DNA of 64,000 nt from Octopus vulgaris (taxonomy: Eukaryota): contig OX597817.1 of assembly GCA_951406725.2 (NCBI GenBank), forward strand, positions 174,344,001-174,408,000, given 5' to 3'. The notes below the pieces were generated by a model, which worked only from the letters and a program-made list of their open reading frames with translations, was not told the origin of the DNA and made no database searches. Below are positions 40,248 to 53,019 of the stretch, piece by piece; positions within the stretch are counted from its first letter, which is position 1; the number at the start of each line of letters is the position of its first letter. The position numbers were made by a program, and so were the translations under genes.

Positions 40248-40770
40248 ACATACACATACATATAGTTAGAATACTTGTTACGTTGATATATCTGCTGAAA
40301 CTATAGTAATAGGATTAAAACACAACACAACCCTACACATGTCTTGCTTAGATTTGTACTCTAAATACAACTGTAAACAATCTACAATTAGTTCTGTATA
40401 TATATATATATACTTATTCCTAAAGACAATATTCAATAATATCACTAACCTAAATTCACCTCTTAATAACAGATAATCAGTAGAAAGAAAAAATCTATTT
40501 GGCTTGGACAAAAGAGATTTAGACAGAGTAGGTGAGAATGTTTAGAGGTGGTGGGAGGTGAGGCTGTATATGCCTCCCACCACCTCTAGTGATAGAAGGT
40601 AAGCCATTTCCAAGAAAATACTTGAGGGTGTTAAGAGGTCATAAATCAAGGGAAGTGGTTGGAGGTGCTGGAAGGTTTATAATGCAATTAGTGAGGTTTA
40701 ATCAGGTGTGAGTGAGAAATATCAGGAAAATATTTGATTATGAAATAATTTGTGTGTATGTGTGTTTGTG

Positions 40771-40803
<33 letters not shown>

Positions 40804-41266
40804 TACCTTGCTGTTTTGGTTGAGATGGGACATTTCTTGGCAGTGTTTTATGGCCAGATGCTATTCCTGATGCCAATCCTTCTGCATCTTACAATAGTAC
40901 AAGAGGCAGGGATACAATGTACATTGTCTAAAAACAACTTGAAACATGATCTGGAGGCATTTAGGTCAGTGGTTAGGGTATGTGGCTCACAACCTTATGA
41001 TCATGAGTTCAATATCCAGCAGTGGATTGTGTCCTTGAGCAAGGTACTCATTGTTCCAGTCCACTCAGTTGGCAAAGATGAGTTGTACCTGTATTTCAAA
41101 AGGCCAACCTTGTCACATCCTGTATCACACTGAGTCTCTCTGAGAATTACATTAAGTGTATATGTGTCTGTGGAGTGCTCGGCCACTTGCATGTTAATTT
41201 CATGAGCAGGCTGTTCTGTTGATTTGGTCAACTGGAACCATGGTCATCGTAACCAATGCAGTGCCA

Positions 41267-41304
<38 letters not shown>

Positions 41305-41317
41305 TGTGTGTGTGTGT

Positions 41318-41575
41318 GGAGGTGCCTGGCTTAGTGGTTAGGGTGTCAGCATCATGATCGTAAGATTGTGGTTTCAATTTCTGGACTGGGTGACACATTG
41401 TGTTCTTGAGCAAAACACTTCATTTCAAGTTGCTCCAGTCTACTCAGTTGGCAAAAATGAGTAATGCTGCGATGGACTGGCGTCCCGTCCAACTGAGGAA
41501 CACACACACCATAGAAACTGGGAAACCAGGTCCATGAGCCTGGCTAGGCTTTAAAAGGGTGCATTTATTTATTTT
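41318..41575 (+). mobile_element. tRNA-derived SINE family D (related at about 8230-8500, 30270-30500, 40952-41270, 50045-50270, 63160-63475)
   Basis: tggcttagtggttaggg A-box, ggtttcaatt B-box, shared ttgtgttcttgagcaa...gctccagtccactcag core. Confidence 0.7.
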
Positions 41576-41603
41576 TATATATATATGTATATATATATAT
41601 ATG

Positions 41604-41650
<47 letters not shown>

Positions 41651-42476
41651 TATGATAAAAGGCAGATTTTCTCTGCCTGTGACTATGTTTGTTTTCAATA
41701 CAATTGTACAATATAGAATTTCTTCAATTGGAATTTACCTATGATTTTTCGAAGTAGATTCCATTGGGTCATGGCATATAAATTTCTTTCAATTTGACCC
41801 CCAATTAAGCAAAAATTCGAGAAAACTCAATATTTTACGATTTGCGTCTCTCATTTCAAATGCTTTACTCCTTCTATTACCACACTTTCTCCTATTTTCT
41901 CTTTGCAAGTGTACCTTAAACCTACCACACTTTCTGCTACTTTCTCTTTGCAACTGTATACCACTATCATATCCTCTTTCTACCACTCTTATTCAACATC
42001 ACACATTCTGCTATTTTCTCTTATTAATGCTTAAACCACTCCTCAAAAAAAAAAAAAGACAGACAGGAAACAGAACAAAATAAATACGTAACGATTTACT
42101 CCTCACACACACGTGTGTGTTTGTTATTAGTAAAAAAGGAGCCAAACACAATTCACTTTCTCATTCGAACACATTTGCAAACACACACCAACAATTCACT
42201 GACATATGGTGAGTAGATACTATTGTTCTAAATTTTATAAATTAAGATTGGTTTTTAATTTACTTTCTGTCTCTAAGTTTTGGTAGTGTTAATTTGCGAG
42301 CGTACTTCAGTTGTCAATTGTTGAAAGAAAGAAATTGTAAGCTAAGAAGGTGTGTGTGTGTGCGTGTGTGTGCGTGCGTACGTGTGTGTGTGTGTGTGTG
42401 TGTCGGAAGTAAAGGATAAAAATATGGCAAGAAGTGGACAGATGTACATATATACATACATCCATCCATACATACA

Positions 42477-42517
<41 letters not shown>

Positions 42518-42543
42518 GTATTAATGTGTGTGTGTTATCTCTC

Positions 42544-42930
42544 TCTATATAAAGCTGAAGTTGTCTGTGTGCGGCAGGTTTGGTAGCCTTCAACTAACAC
42601 TATCTCCTCCGAGACCCTGCGGCGCAAGTTGACCAAAATTGAGAGTATGATAGAAGAAGGGTTGCTCTTCCTTCCGTAGAAGATAAAATTCAAATCGGAC
42701 CATGTTAACACCAAAAATTATTTACATCAAAAAGGTGCTTTTTTTCTATGAAAATCCCTATTTTTTACGATTTTTTCACTGCTGTGTCGCCACTTTTCGG
42801 TGTATTTCAACCAGAAAAATGTTCACTTGAAGAGAATAACAGGCTACATAATGCAAAATTTTTACTTTTCAAAAATTCCAATTCCAGCAGGTCAAAACAA
42901 ACCCGAGCAACGCCGGGCGATACTGCTAGT
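42544..42930 (-). mobile_element. Non-autonomous Helentron/HINE-like element, copy 2
   Basis: Reverse complement of 22678-23068 with CpGs retained (actagcagtatcgcccggcgttgctcgggt). Confidence 0.7.
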
Positions 42931-44622
42931 ATATATATATATATATCAGATTGTGATGTCTTCCCTGAGGAGCAGCAAATAAATCATCAAATGGTCCATT
43001 AGGAGACTTCCTCCTCTTTTTACCATACATTGAAAGTATAGAATGAATGTGTTCACATTTTCATCTAGTTGGTTATCACAGTTAATGTTTTCTAATATTT
43101 AAATTTATTTCCATACTTGTGACTTATATGTGATTTAAGGAAGATATTCTTGCTATTTCTTGTAAGCCAAGTAACTGTAAATGCTTCCTTGTGCTTTCTT
43201 ATTCCCAAGTGTACCCATGAATGTCTGAAATACTCTCTGGAAGGAGTGGAGCAATAGAAAATTTGATATGGGTATTGGGGACAAAGAGGACAAAAGTGAG
43301 AGTGGGTTGGCAATGAATATATCTTTTGACTGCCCCAAGTTTCAAAAATATTTTCATTTTTAGCTTGAGTGTGACTCAACTGGTAGAATTAGTGGTTGAA
43401 GTGTTGCTTAGGTCTTTCATGTTATATTGATAAAATGGCTTACGCTCAAGTAGTCTTTTAGTAGCGATCATCAGCAATTTTTTGTTGTTTATTTTATTTT
43501 GCTGAATTGTAGCTGGGAGGCGTTGAAAAGAGTTAGTTAAAAACAAAAAGGAGGTAGTAATTAAAAATGAGAAGAACAACTCTAAACAGTTTTGTATTGC
43601 TTCTGACCTGGAGAGAGAGAGATAGAGAGAGAGAGATATATATATAGAGAGAGAGATCATTAGCAATCAGTAGAAATAAAATATTAATTGAAACATTTGT
43701 TCAACTTATAAAATGCCGGATATTTTAATGAAGATTTCTCTTAGCATCTTCTTACTTTTTCTCTCCTTCATGATCCACATCACATTCATCATCGTTAGTA
43801 TCAACTCTAACAATTACTATGGCATTGATAAATGCTGCGATTACTGTGAGTTGACAAGGGAGCCTCTGTAGGGATCACCCAATCTTTTAGAAATAGCAAC
43901 CAGCTTTCTTTCATATCATTCCCTCTTCAGTAACATCTTCAATAAGGGAAGGACATAGTAGATAATGTAGTCCTTAATACTTCTTGAAAAAAATCTGGAT
44001 GGTCACAGTTGGACTGTTTCAACCATAGGCCTGGTACAATCAATGCTGACCTGCAACAACACAACAACTTCCATCATCACAACCACCATCACCATCTACT
44101 TAATGTCTGTTTTCCCTAACTCTTCAGATTAATCACATCTGTTGAATATCTTTTCATTTCATGTGGCTTTCCATCACTCATTCTCTGTGGTTTAATTTAC
44201 TTAAATTTGATCTAACTACCTCCTCTCATGTTTGTTTTAGCATCAATTTTTTAAAAATACCATCTGTTGCTTTTAGTTTCCAAGATTATTTTCAAATTGG
44301 TTTATAACAATGCATTTGTTACATTCATGAATATTAAATGGTCAAAATCATCTCTCAAATTGCTGAAACTTGTTATTGGCAATATCAGCAATGACTGTTT
44401 CCATATAGCTTGGTTATCTTCTAGATCTAAAAAAATAACTTAAGCCACATATTTGAGAATGCACATGTGCTCCCACACACACACATCGACTCATACAAAC
44501 ACACTTGCAGAGGACTGCACATACCTCAAAATAAATATTTATCTAGCAATAACTTGCTTACTCATACCTTTGGGGCATCTTTGAACTATACTCTTCTTTT
44601 ATAGTCTTCCTGACTCTATATA

Positions 44623-44840
44623 TACTCTTTACTCTTTTACTTGTTTCAGTCATCTGACTATGGCCATGCTGGAGCACCGCCTTTAGTCGAGCAAATCAAC
44701 CCCAGGACTTATTCTTTGTAAGCCTAGTACTTATTCTACCAGTCTCTTTTGGCAAACCGCTAAGTTCGGCAAAAGAGACCTAAACACACCAGCATCGGTT
44801 GTCAGGCGATGTTGGGGGGACAAACACAGACACACAGACA

Positions 44841-44906
<66 letters not shown>

Positions 44907-45082
44907 CATACACGCATATATACGACGGGCTTCTTTCAGTTTCTGTCTATCAAATCCACTCACAAGGCTTTGGTTGGCCCAAGGCTATAGTAGAAGACAC
45001 TTGCCCAAGGTGCCATGCTGTGGGACTGAACCCAGAACCATGTGGTTCGTAAGGAAGCTACTTACCACACAGCCACTCCTAT
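44623..45082 (-). mobile_element. SINE family B
   Basis: Homology to 17091-17486. Confidence 0.85.
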
Positions 45083-45361
45083 GACTTATTATATTTTATA
45101 CGTCTTATTATATATTATACTTTCATATCAAAACAGAAGATTGGAAAAATTTGTTATATTTTTAATTCCATGTTACACATGTTTCATTACAGGATAAGAA
45201 TCACAAAAGTAAACATGTTGGAAAAAATGTATAGCATATACATTATATTATAATTCTATAATCTCAGGTCTTTCTGTTAATCCCCTAACTTTTCTTCCCT
45301 GTGGACTACATCCTTCAGGAATGTGCTTCCTACTCATGTTCACTCTACAACCATTCTGTAT

Positions 45362-45560
45362 CAGGATCAGTTCCTCCTGTGTTCTTGAGCACATTGGGCA
45401 GCAAGTTGATGCCACAGGTTTCTGTTAGTTGCAATTTTCTCTACACCTGGCTGTGTGATATTAGCCTGTATCATGTCAGTTATGAATGTTCTGCACTGTG
45501 TAGTTTTTGGCCTTCTCTTTCTTTTCTCTCTGGCAGTGTCTGTTTGACTGGAACCATTAC
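45362..45560 (-). mobile_element. C-terminal remnant of a second RTE-like LINE family
   Basis: KRKRRPKTTQCRTF...EKIATNRNLWHQLAAQC resembles the GRP..TW...A.DR..WR terminal motif. Confidence 0.55.
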
Positions 45561-45578
45561 TTGACCCTAATTCCAAGT

Positions 45579-46175
45579 GAATATCAAGTAGGTTTTGGTC
45601 ACTGGGATGGTAAGCGTCCTGACAGAATAACCCTCTTCTCATAGAAGTGAAGCAAATCCATAATCTGGGACACTATGTTCTGCGACACATTCTCTGGCTC
45701 CAATCTTGATACACTGGCTGCAAACCTGGGTATCACCGCCTGTAATGTAGAGAAGAAGATAAACAAATACAGAAATCTGACTGGCACTAGCAGCTTGTGC
45801 CAGTTACTGTCGAGGCCTCTGGTGTTCTTGGACCCTGCATTGCTGATTTTGTCAGAAAAATCAGGATGACTGTGACCTGTCTGAGAGATGAGTCCTGTGA
45901 GGTAGAATGGCTGTTAGAGCAAGAATCACTGGCTATTCTCTGTGGTAATGCCTCTCTGCAATCATGTCTGTGCAGCATGGCTGAATACGCCATTTGGTCT
46001 GGGGGGTGTACAACTTGTAACCCCCCCCCGTCTAATACTTACCTCCTCCTTTTTTTCTTTTTCTTTGTTTCCTTGGTAAGGTAGTTCAGAGATTTTCTTT
46101 CTTCTTGATAATTGGATATTTTATATTTTTGATGTTTTCTTTCTTTTCTTCCTGTAAAAATAAGTTGCTAAATAA
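45579..46175 (+). mobile_element. 3' remnant of a CRE-like non-LTR retrotransposon (restriction-like endonuclease domain)
   Basis: Across frames: DGKRPDRIT, IIWD..CDTF, EKKINKYRNL, VPVTVEASGVLG, EWLLEQESLAILCGNA, matching the RPD...WD...DT...K..KY...VE..G..G...RGNA signature. Confidence 0.7.
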
Positions 46176-46307
46176 AAGTATCAGTTAGTAAAAATGAAAA
46201 AAACCCAGAAAAGATACATAAAATAAACAGTTTATTTCTAAATTGTCAGTGAATAAAACATACATTGTAAAATAAAAGAGAAAGAAAAAGATTAAATCCG
46301 ATCATCC

Positions 46308-49123
46308 CTGTCACACAACCTGGACCATCCGAGAAGAGAAAGTCTAAGTCATAATCTTTCATTTTAAATTAACAAATTAAATAAAATAATTTTATCTGTC
46401 ACACAACCTGGACCATCCTAGAAGAGAAAGTCTAAGTCATAATCTTTCATTTTAAATTAACGAATTAAATAAAATAATTTTATCTGTCACACAACCTGGA
46501 CCATCCTAGAAGAGAAAGTCTAAGTCATAATCTTTCATTTTAAATTAACGAATTAAATAAAATAATTTTATCTGTCACACAACCTGGACCATCCTAGAAG
46601 AGAAAGTCTAAGTCATAATCTTTCATTTTAAATTAACGAATTAAATAAAATAATTTTATCTGTCACACAACCTGGACCATCCTAGAAGAGAAAGTCTAAG
46701 TCATAATCTTTCATTTTAAATTAACGAATTAAATAAAATAATTTTATCTGTCACACAACCTGGACCATCCTAGAAGAGAAAGTCTAAGTCATAATCTTTC
46801 ATTTTAAATTAACGAATTAAATAAAATAATTTTATCTGTCACACAACCTGGACCATCCTAGAAGAGAAAGTCTAAGTCATAATCTTTCATTTTAAATTAA
46901 CGAATTAAATAAAATAATTTTATCTGTCACACAACCTGGACCATCCTAGAAGAGAAAGTCTAAGTCATAATCTTTCATTTTAAATTAACGAATTAAATAA
47001 AATAATTTTATCTGTCACACAACCTGGACCATCCTAGAAGAGAAAGTCTAAGTCATAATCTTTCATTTTAAATTAACGAATTAAATAAAATAATTTTATC
47101 TGTCACACAACCTGGACCATCCTAGAAGAGAAAGTCTAAGTCATAATCTTTCATTTTAAATTAACGAATTAAATAAAATAATTTTATCTGTCACACAACC
47201 TGGACCATCCTAGAAGAGAAAGTCTAAGTCATAATCTTTCATTTTAAATTAACGAATTAAATAAAATAATTTTATCTGTCACACAACCTGGACCATCCGA
47301 GAAGAGAAAGTCTAAGTCATAATCTTTCATTTTAAATTAACGAATTAAATAAAATAATTTTATCTGTCACACAACCTGGACCATCCGAGAAGAGAAAGTC
47401 TAAGTCATAATCTTTCATTTTAAATTAACGAATTAAATAAAATAATTTTATCTGTCACACAACCTGGACCATCCTAGAAGAGAAAGTCTAAGTCATAATC
47501 TTTCATTTTAAATTAACGAATTAAATAAAATAATTTTATCTGTCACACAACCTGGACCATCCTAGAAGAGAAAGTCTAAGTCATAATCTTTCATTTTAAA
47601 TTAACGAATTAAATAAAATAATTTTATCTGTCACACAACCTGGACCATCCTAGAAGAGAAAGTCTAAGTCATAATCTTTCATTTTAAATTAACGAATTAA
47701 ATAAAATAATTTTATCTGTCACACAACCTGGACCATCCTAGAAGAGAAAGTCTAAGTCATAATCTTTCATTTTAAATTAACGAATTAAATAAAATAATTT
47801 TATCTGTCACACAACCTGGACCATCCTAGAAGAGAAAGTCTAAGTCATAATCTTTCATTTTAAATTAACGAATTAAATAAAATAATTTTATCTGTCACAC
47901 AACCTGGACCATCCTAGAAGAGAAAGTCTAAGTCATAATCTTTCATTTTAAATTAACGAATTAAATAAAATAATTTTATCTGTCACACAACCTGGACCAT
48001 CCTAGAAGAGAAAGTCTAAGTCATAATCTTTCATTTTAAATTAACGAATTAAATAAAATAATTTTATCTGTCACACAACCTGGACCATCCTAGAAGAGAA
48101 AGTCTAAGTCATAATCTTTCATTTTAAATTAACGAATTAAATAAAATAATTTTATCTGTCACACAACCTGGACCATCCTAGAAGAGAAAGTCTAAGTCAT
48201 AATCTTTCATTTTAAATTAACGAATTAAATAAAATAATTTTATCTGTCACACAACCTGGACCATCCTAGAAGAGAAAGTCTAAGTCATAATCTTTCATTT
48301 TAAATTAACGAATTAAATAAAATAATTTTATCTGTCACACAACCTGGACCATCCTAGAAGAGAAAGTCTAAGTCATAATCTTTCATTTTAAATTAACGAA
48401 TTAAATAAAATAATTTTATCTGTCACACAACCTGGACCATCCTAGAAGAGAAAGTCTAAGTCATAATCTTTCATTTTAAATTAACGAATTAAATAAAATA
48501 ATTTTATCTGTCACACAACCTGGACCATCCTAGAAGAGAAAGTCTAAGTCATAATCTTTCATTTTAAATTAACGAATTAAATAAAATAATTTTATCTGTC
48601 ACACAACCTGGACCATCCTAGAAGAGAAAGTCTAAGTCATAATCTTTCATTTTAAATTAACGAATTAAATAAAATAATTTTATCTGTCACACAACCTGGA
48701 CCATCCTAGAAGAGAAAGTCTAAGTCATAATCTTTCATTTTAAATTAACGAATTAAATAAAATAATTTTATCTGTCACACAACCTGGACCATCCTAGAAG
48801 AGAAAGTCTAAGTCATAATCTTTCATTTTAAATTAACGAATTAAATAAAATAATTTTATCTGTCACACAACCTGGACCATCCGAGAAGAGAAAGTCTAAG
48901 TCATAATCTTTCATTTTAAATTAACGAATTAAATAAAATAATTTTATCTGTCACACAACCTGGACCATCCGAGAAGAGAAAGTCTAAGTCATAATCTTTC
49001 ATTTTAAATTAACAAATTAAATAAAATAATTTTATCTGTCATACAGTCTAGACTAGCCTGGAGAAAGCCATGACCTAATTCTCTCATTTTTAAATGAATG
49101 AATTAAATAAATAAAACATTATC
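46308..49123. repeat. 88-bp minisatellite: 31 near-identical units plus one degenerate terminal unit
   Basis: Unit ctgtcacacaacctggaccatcctagaagagaaagtctaagtcataatctttcattttaaattaacgaattaaataaaataattttat recurs every 88 bp from 46308 to 49035; no spacers. Confidence 0.97.
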
Positions 49124-50302
49124 CCATCAGTCCAATATCCTGGATTAGTAAATTTAGCAATCCTGAAAGGATGAAAGGTAAAGCCAGCCATATCAAGATT
49201 TGGGCTTAAAGCTTTGAGATCTGAACCAAATTCCTCATGTCATTTCAATAAACACTTTAAGGACTCAACCAATTCGCCTTTCTTCAGTGCACTGTCTACC
49301 ATTTCTAATATATCAAAAAGGCTCAATGGATCTGTGAGAAATTGTAGCCAAATCTCCCCTAAGAATTGTAGTGAAACCCCATCTAAGAATTGTTGCCAAA
49401 TTTCCCTTGATGTCAAACCCTAATGTTTTGAAAGTAAAACCAAGAGAACGTTGGACATTGCTGACCTAGATATACAAGAAGATGAGATGGTCATGGTTGG
49501 AACACTTTTGATCTGCTCAATCACGGATGAGCTGGGACCTCAACTGATCACTTTTGCATTATATTTCACATTCAACAAAGTCTGTTTTTATCATGCTTTT
49601 TCTTTTAATCTACTGTAGGTCCTTTCTTATTGCTGCTCACTTCCATCATTATTACTGTCCCCTTAAACTAGGATTAGGGCATCATTAATTAATCAAGGTA
49701 ACATCCAAAATTACATTCAACAAACTTCTTTCATCATCATCGTCTCATTGTTGTTGCCATCCTCATCATCCTCGTTTGTGTCTGCTTTCCACAATGGCAT
49801 GGGTGAGATGGGTCATCACAGTTTGAGCCAGTTTTTATTCATAGTTTTCTGACCTCAAAGGCATGGTTGGATCCCCTGACCATGGGGCAGTTATTCCAAA
49901 TAAAAACTTGTCCATTTTCGTTTCTGGTATGATTTCTATGGTTAAATGCTCTTCCTAGGATCAACCATTTTAAAGAGTCTCTATTAAAAGGTTGAAAGAT
50001 CTTTTAAGTCATAAATTTTAGGATAACATACTCATAATAAAGTAGAGGCTTGTGGATTAGTGGTTAGGGTGTTGGATTCATGATTATAAAATTGTGGTTT
50101 CGATTCCTGGGACTGGGGAATGCATTGTGTTCTTGAGCAAAATATTTCATGTTGCTCCAGTTCACTCAGCTGACAAAAGTAAGTATTTCCTACACCAGAT
50201 GGGTGTATATATGTTAGTGGGTAACATATATATGCACCACAGAAACCAGCTCTATGAGTCTGTATGACACGGGAAGGATCTATATTCATAATAAAGATGG
50301 TC

Positions 50303-50727
50303 AGTAGGAGTGGCTGTGTGGTAAGTAGCTTGCTAACCAACCACATGGTTGCGGGTTCAGTCCCACTGCGTGGCATCTTGGGCAAGTGTCTTCTGCTATA
50401 GCCCCGGGCCGACCAAAGCCTTGTGAGTGGATTTGGTAGACAGAAACTGAAAGAAGCCTGTCGTATATATGTATATATATATATGTGTGTGTGTATATAT
50501 ATGTGTGTGTGTGTGTGTGTTTGTCCCTCTACCATTGCTTGACAACTGATGCTGGTGTGTTTACGTCCCCGTCACTTAGCGGTTTGGCAAAAGAGACCGA
50601 TAGAATAAGTACTGGGCTTACAAAGAATAAGTCCCGAGGTCGATTTGCTCGACTAAAGGTGGTGCTCCAGCATGGCCACAGTCAAAATGACTGAAACAAG
50701 TAAAAGAGTAAAAGAGTAAAGAGAGAG
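50303..50727 (+). mobile_element. SINE family B
   Basis: Homology; (gtaaaaga)n tail. Confidence 0.85.
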
Positions 50728-50782
50728 TATGACTTGGATACTGATCAAATTTCAGTCTGGTCTGTTACATTTACTTGCAAGT

Positions 50783-51198
50783 TTATTTATTTATTGCCCA
50801 CAAGGGGCCAAACACAGAGGGGACAAACAAGGACTGACAAAGAGATTAAGTTGATTACATTGACCCCAGTGCATAACTGGTACTTAATTTATTGACCCTG
50901 AAAGGATGAAAGGCAAAGTCGACCTCAGCAGAATTTGAACTCAGAATGTAAAGACAGATGAAATACCTATTTCTTTACTACCCACAAGGGGCCAAACACA
51001 GAGGGGACAAACAAGGACTGACAAAGAGATTAAGTTGATTACATTGACCCCAGTGCGTAACTGGTACTTAATTTATCGACCCTGAAAGGATGAAAGGTAA
51101 AGTCGACCTCAGCGGAATTTGAACTCAGAATGTAACAGCAGACGAAATACTGCTAAGCCTTTCACCTGACCTGCTAACGATTCCACCTGCTCGTCACC
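50783..51198 (-). mobile_element. SINE family A partial tandem dimer
   Basis: Two consecutive near-identical bodies; only one has the A-box end. Confidence 0.85.
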
Positions 51199-52585
51199 AT
51201 GCATGGTCTGTGAGTTGTTCCAGATAATTTTGACTAAATTTCTGTGAGCTGTTTTTAAAATTTAATTTCATATTGCAGTCCCTTTTTGGGTATTGGTCCA
51301 CTAACTATAGCTTCATCTTCATCGTGTCCCATGGGTAAGTCAGTGTGGTGGTGTCCAACTGTTTCCATTTTACTGACTGCTACTTTAGATTGTAGGAAAA
51401 TAGATGAACTGGTTGTGTGTGATTTTGTAAGATTACATAAAATAGATGTGTATGACAGCTGTTGAATTGGCAGAGTCATTAAAATGTCAGCTGGAATGCT
51501 TTGAGGAATTTGATTCAGCCCTCTGTGCTCTGGGTTCAAATCCTGATAAGGTCAACTTTATTTTTCAATCTTTCAAGATTAGTAAATGAAGTACCTGGCC
51601 AGGGCAGTAGAATGACAAAATTTTTAAGGTCACTGGACAAGTTACCTTGAAGTATCTCTTCCGGTTTTTTTAATTCTGAGTTCAAATTCCATTTAGGTGC
51701 CAGTGGCTGTGGCTAATCACCTGACCACAAAGAGCACCCCATCCAACCTACAAAGGGGCAGTGTGGACATGTAGGCCTACAAATAGCATAGATAAACCAA
51801 CAGTGGCATGATGTGGTTTCATCTAACAGTGGATCAAAAACTACTGTATGGAATGGAATGGATATAATATCAGTTTCAAATTTTGGCATGAGGCCAGCAA
51901 ATTCAGAAGAGGGAGTAAGTCAATCACATTAACCCCAGTGCTCAACTGGCACTTATTTAATCGACCCTGAAAGGATGAAAGGCAAAGTTGACTTTGGTAG
52001 AATTTGAACTCACAACGTAAAGATGGATAAAATGCTGCTGAGCATTTTGCCTGGTGTTGCTACTGATTCTACCTGCTCACCGCCTTATGAAATTTGCATA
52101 ATGTTAAAGATGTCACTGTAAACCATGTATTGCAGCCTTAATTAATGAATTTACTCAGTTAGTTTAAGGTAGTGGTGGGGAAACTTTTTAGTTTAGCAGG
52201 CAAAAATTCCCAACGAAAAAGGTCCATGGGCGGACCACAAGTTCTAACTCTTATATCAGTGTAAATCTTGTATATATATATCTATGTATAATTTGATATT
52301 CATTAATAAAGATAAGTCTAACACATTAAATTAATGCATAACATCTTCATTAACATTGCCACTAAATTTAGGACATTTATATTACTTATGCAGTATTCTC
52401 TATTTTTCAGCTAGAGTGTAGTTGGGTCTCAAAGGGATGGTGCAAACCTAGCAATATGGGTTTTAGAGTGAAAACAAAATTTCCAATCAAATGGAACACT
52501 TTCTGTTTGAGTCTAACCATTTCAAGTCATAGTGGAAGTGTGACCTATGTCGCAAATAGGCATAAGAATATTGTATAAATTTTAT

Positions 52586-53019
52586 ACTCTCTCTTTTACT
52601 CTTTTACTTGTTTCAGTCATTTGACTGTGGCCATGCTGGAGCACTGCCTTTAGTCGAGCAAATCGACCCCAGGACTTATTCTTTGTAAGCCTAGTACTTA
52701 TTCTATCGGTCTCTTTTACCAAACTGCTAAGTTATGAGAACGTAAACTCATCAGCATCGGTTGTCGAGCAATGTTGGGGGGACAAACACAGACACACAAA
52801 CATATACACAAACATACACACATACATATATATATATATATATACACATATATATGACAGGCTTCTTTCAGTTTTCGTCTACCAAATCCACTCACAAGGC
52901 TTTGGTCGGCCCGAGGCTATAGTAGAAGACACTAGCCCAAGGTGCCATGCAGTGGGACTGAACTCGAAACCATGTGGTTGTTAAGCAAGCTACTTACCAC
53001 ACAGCCTCTCCTATGCCTA
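52586..53019 (-). mobile_element. SINE family B (further copies at 13072-13345 and 36692-37020)
   Basis: Homology to 50303-50727. Confidence 0.85.

Noticed and set aside
46308-49123. CRISPR array
   Set aside because: Units are identical end to end with no unique spacers, there are no cas genes, and the context is eukaryotic.
51255-51400. Possible exon (plus strand AG...GTAAGT at about 51279-51333, or minus-strand ORF ending KKGLQYEIKF*)
   Set aside because: Two conflicting readings and no motif support.
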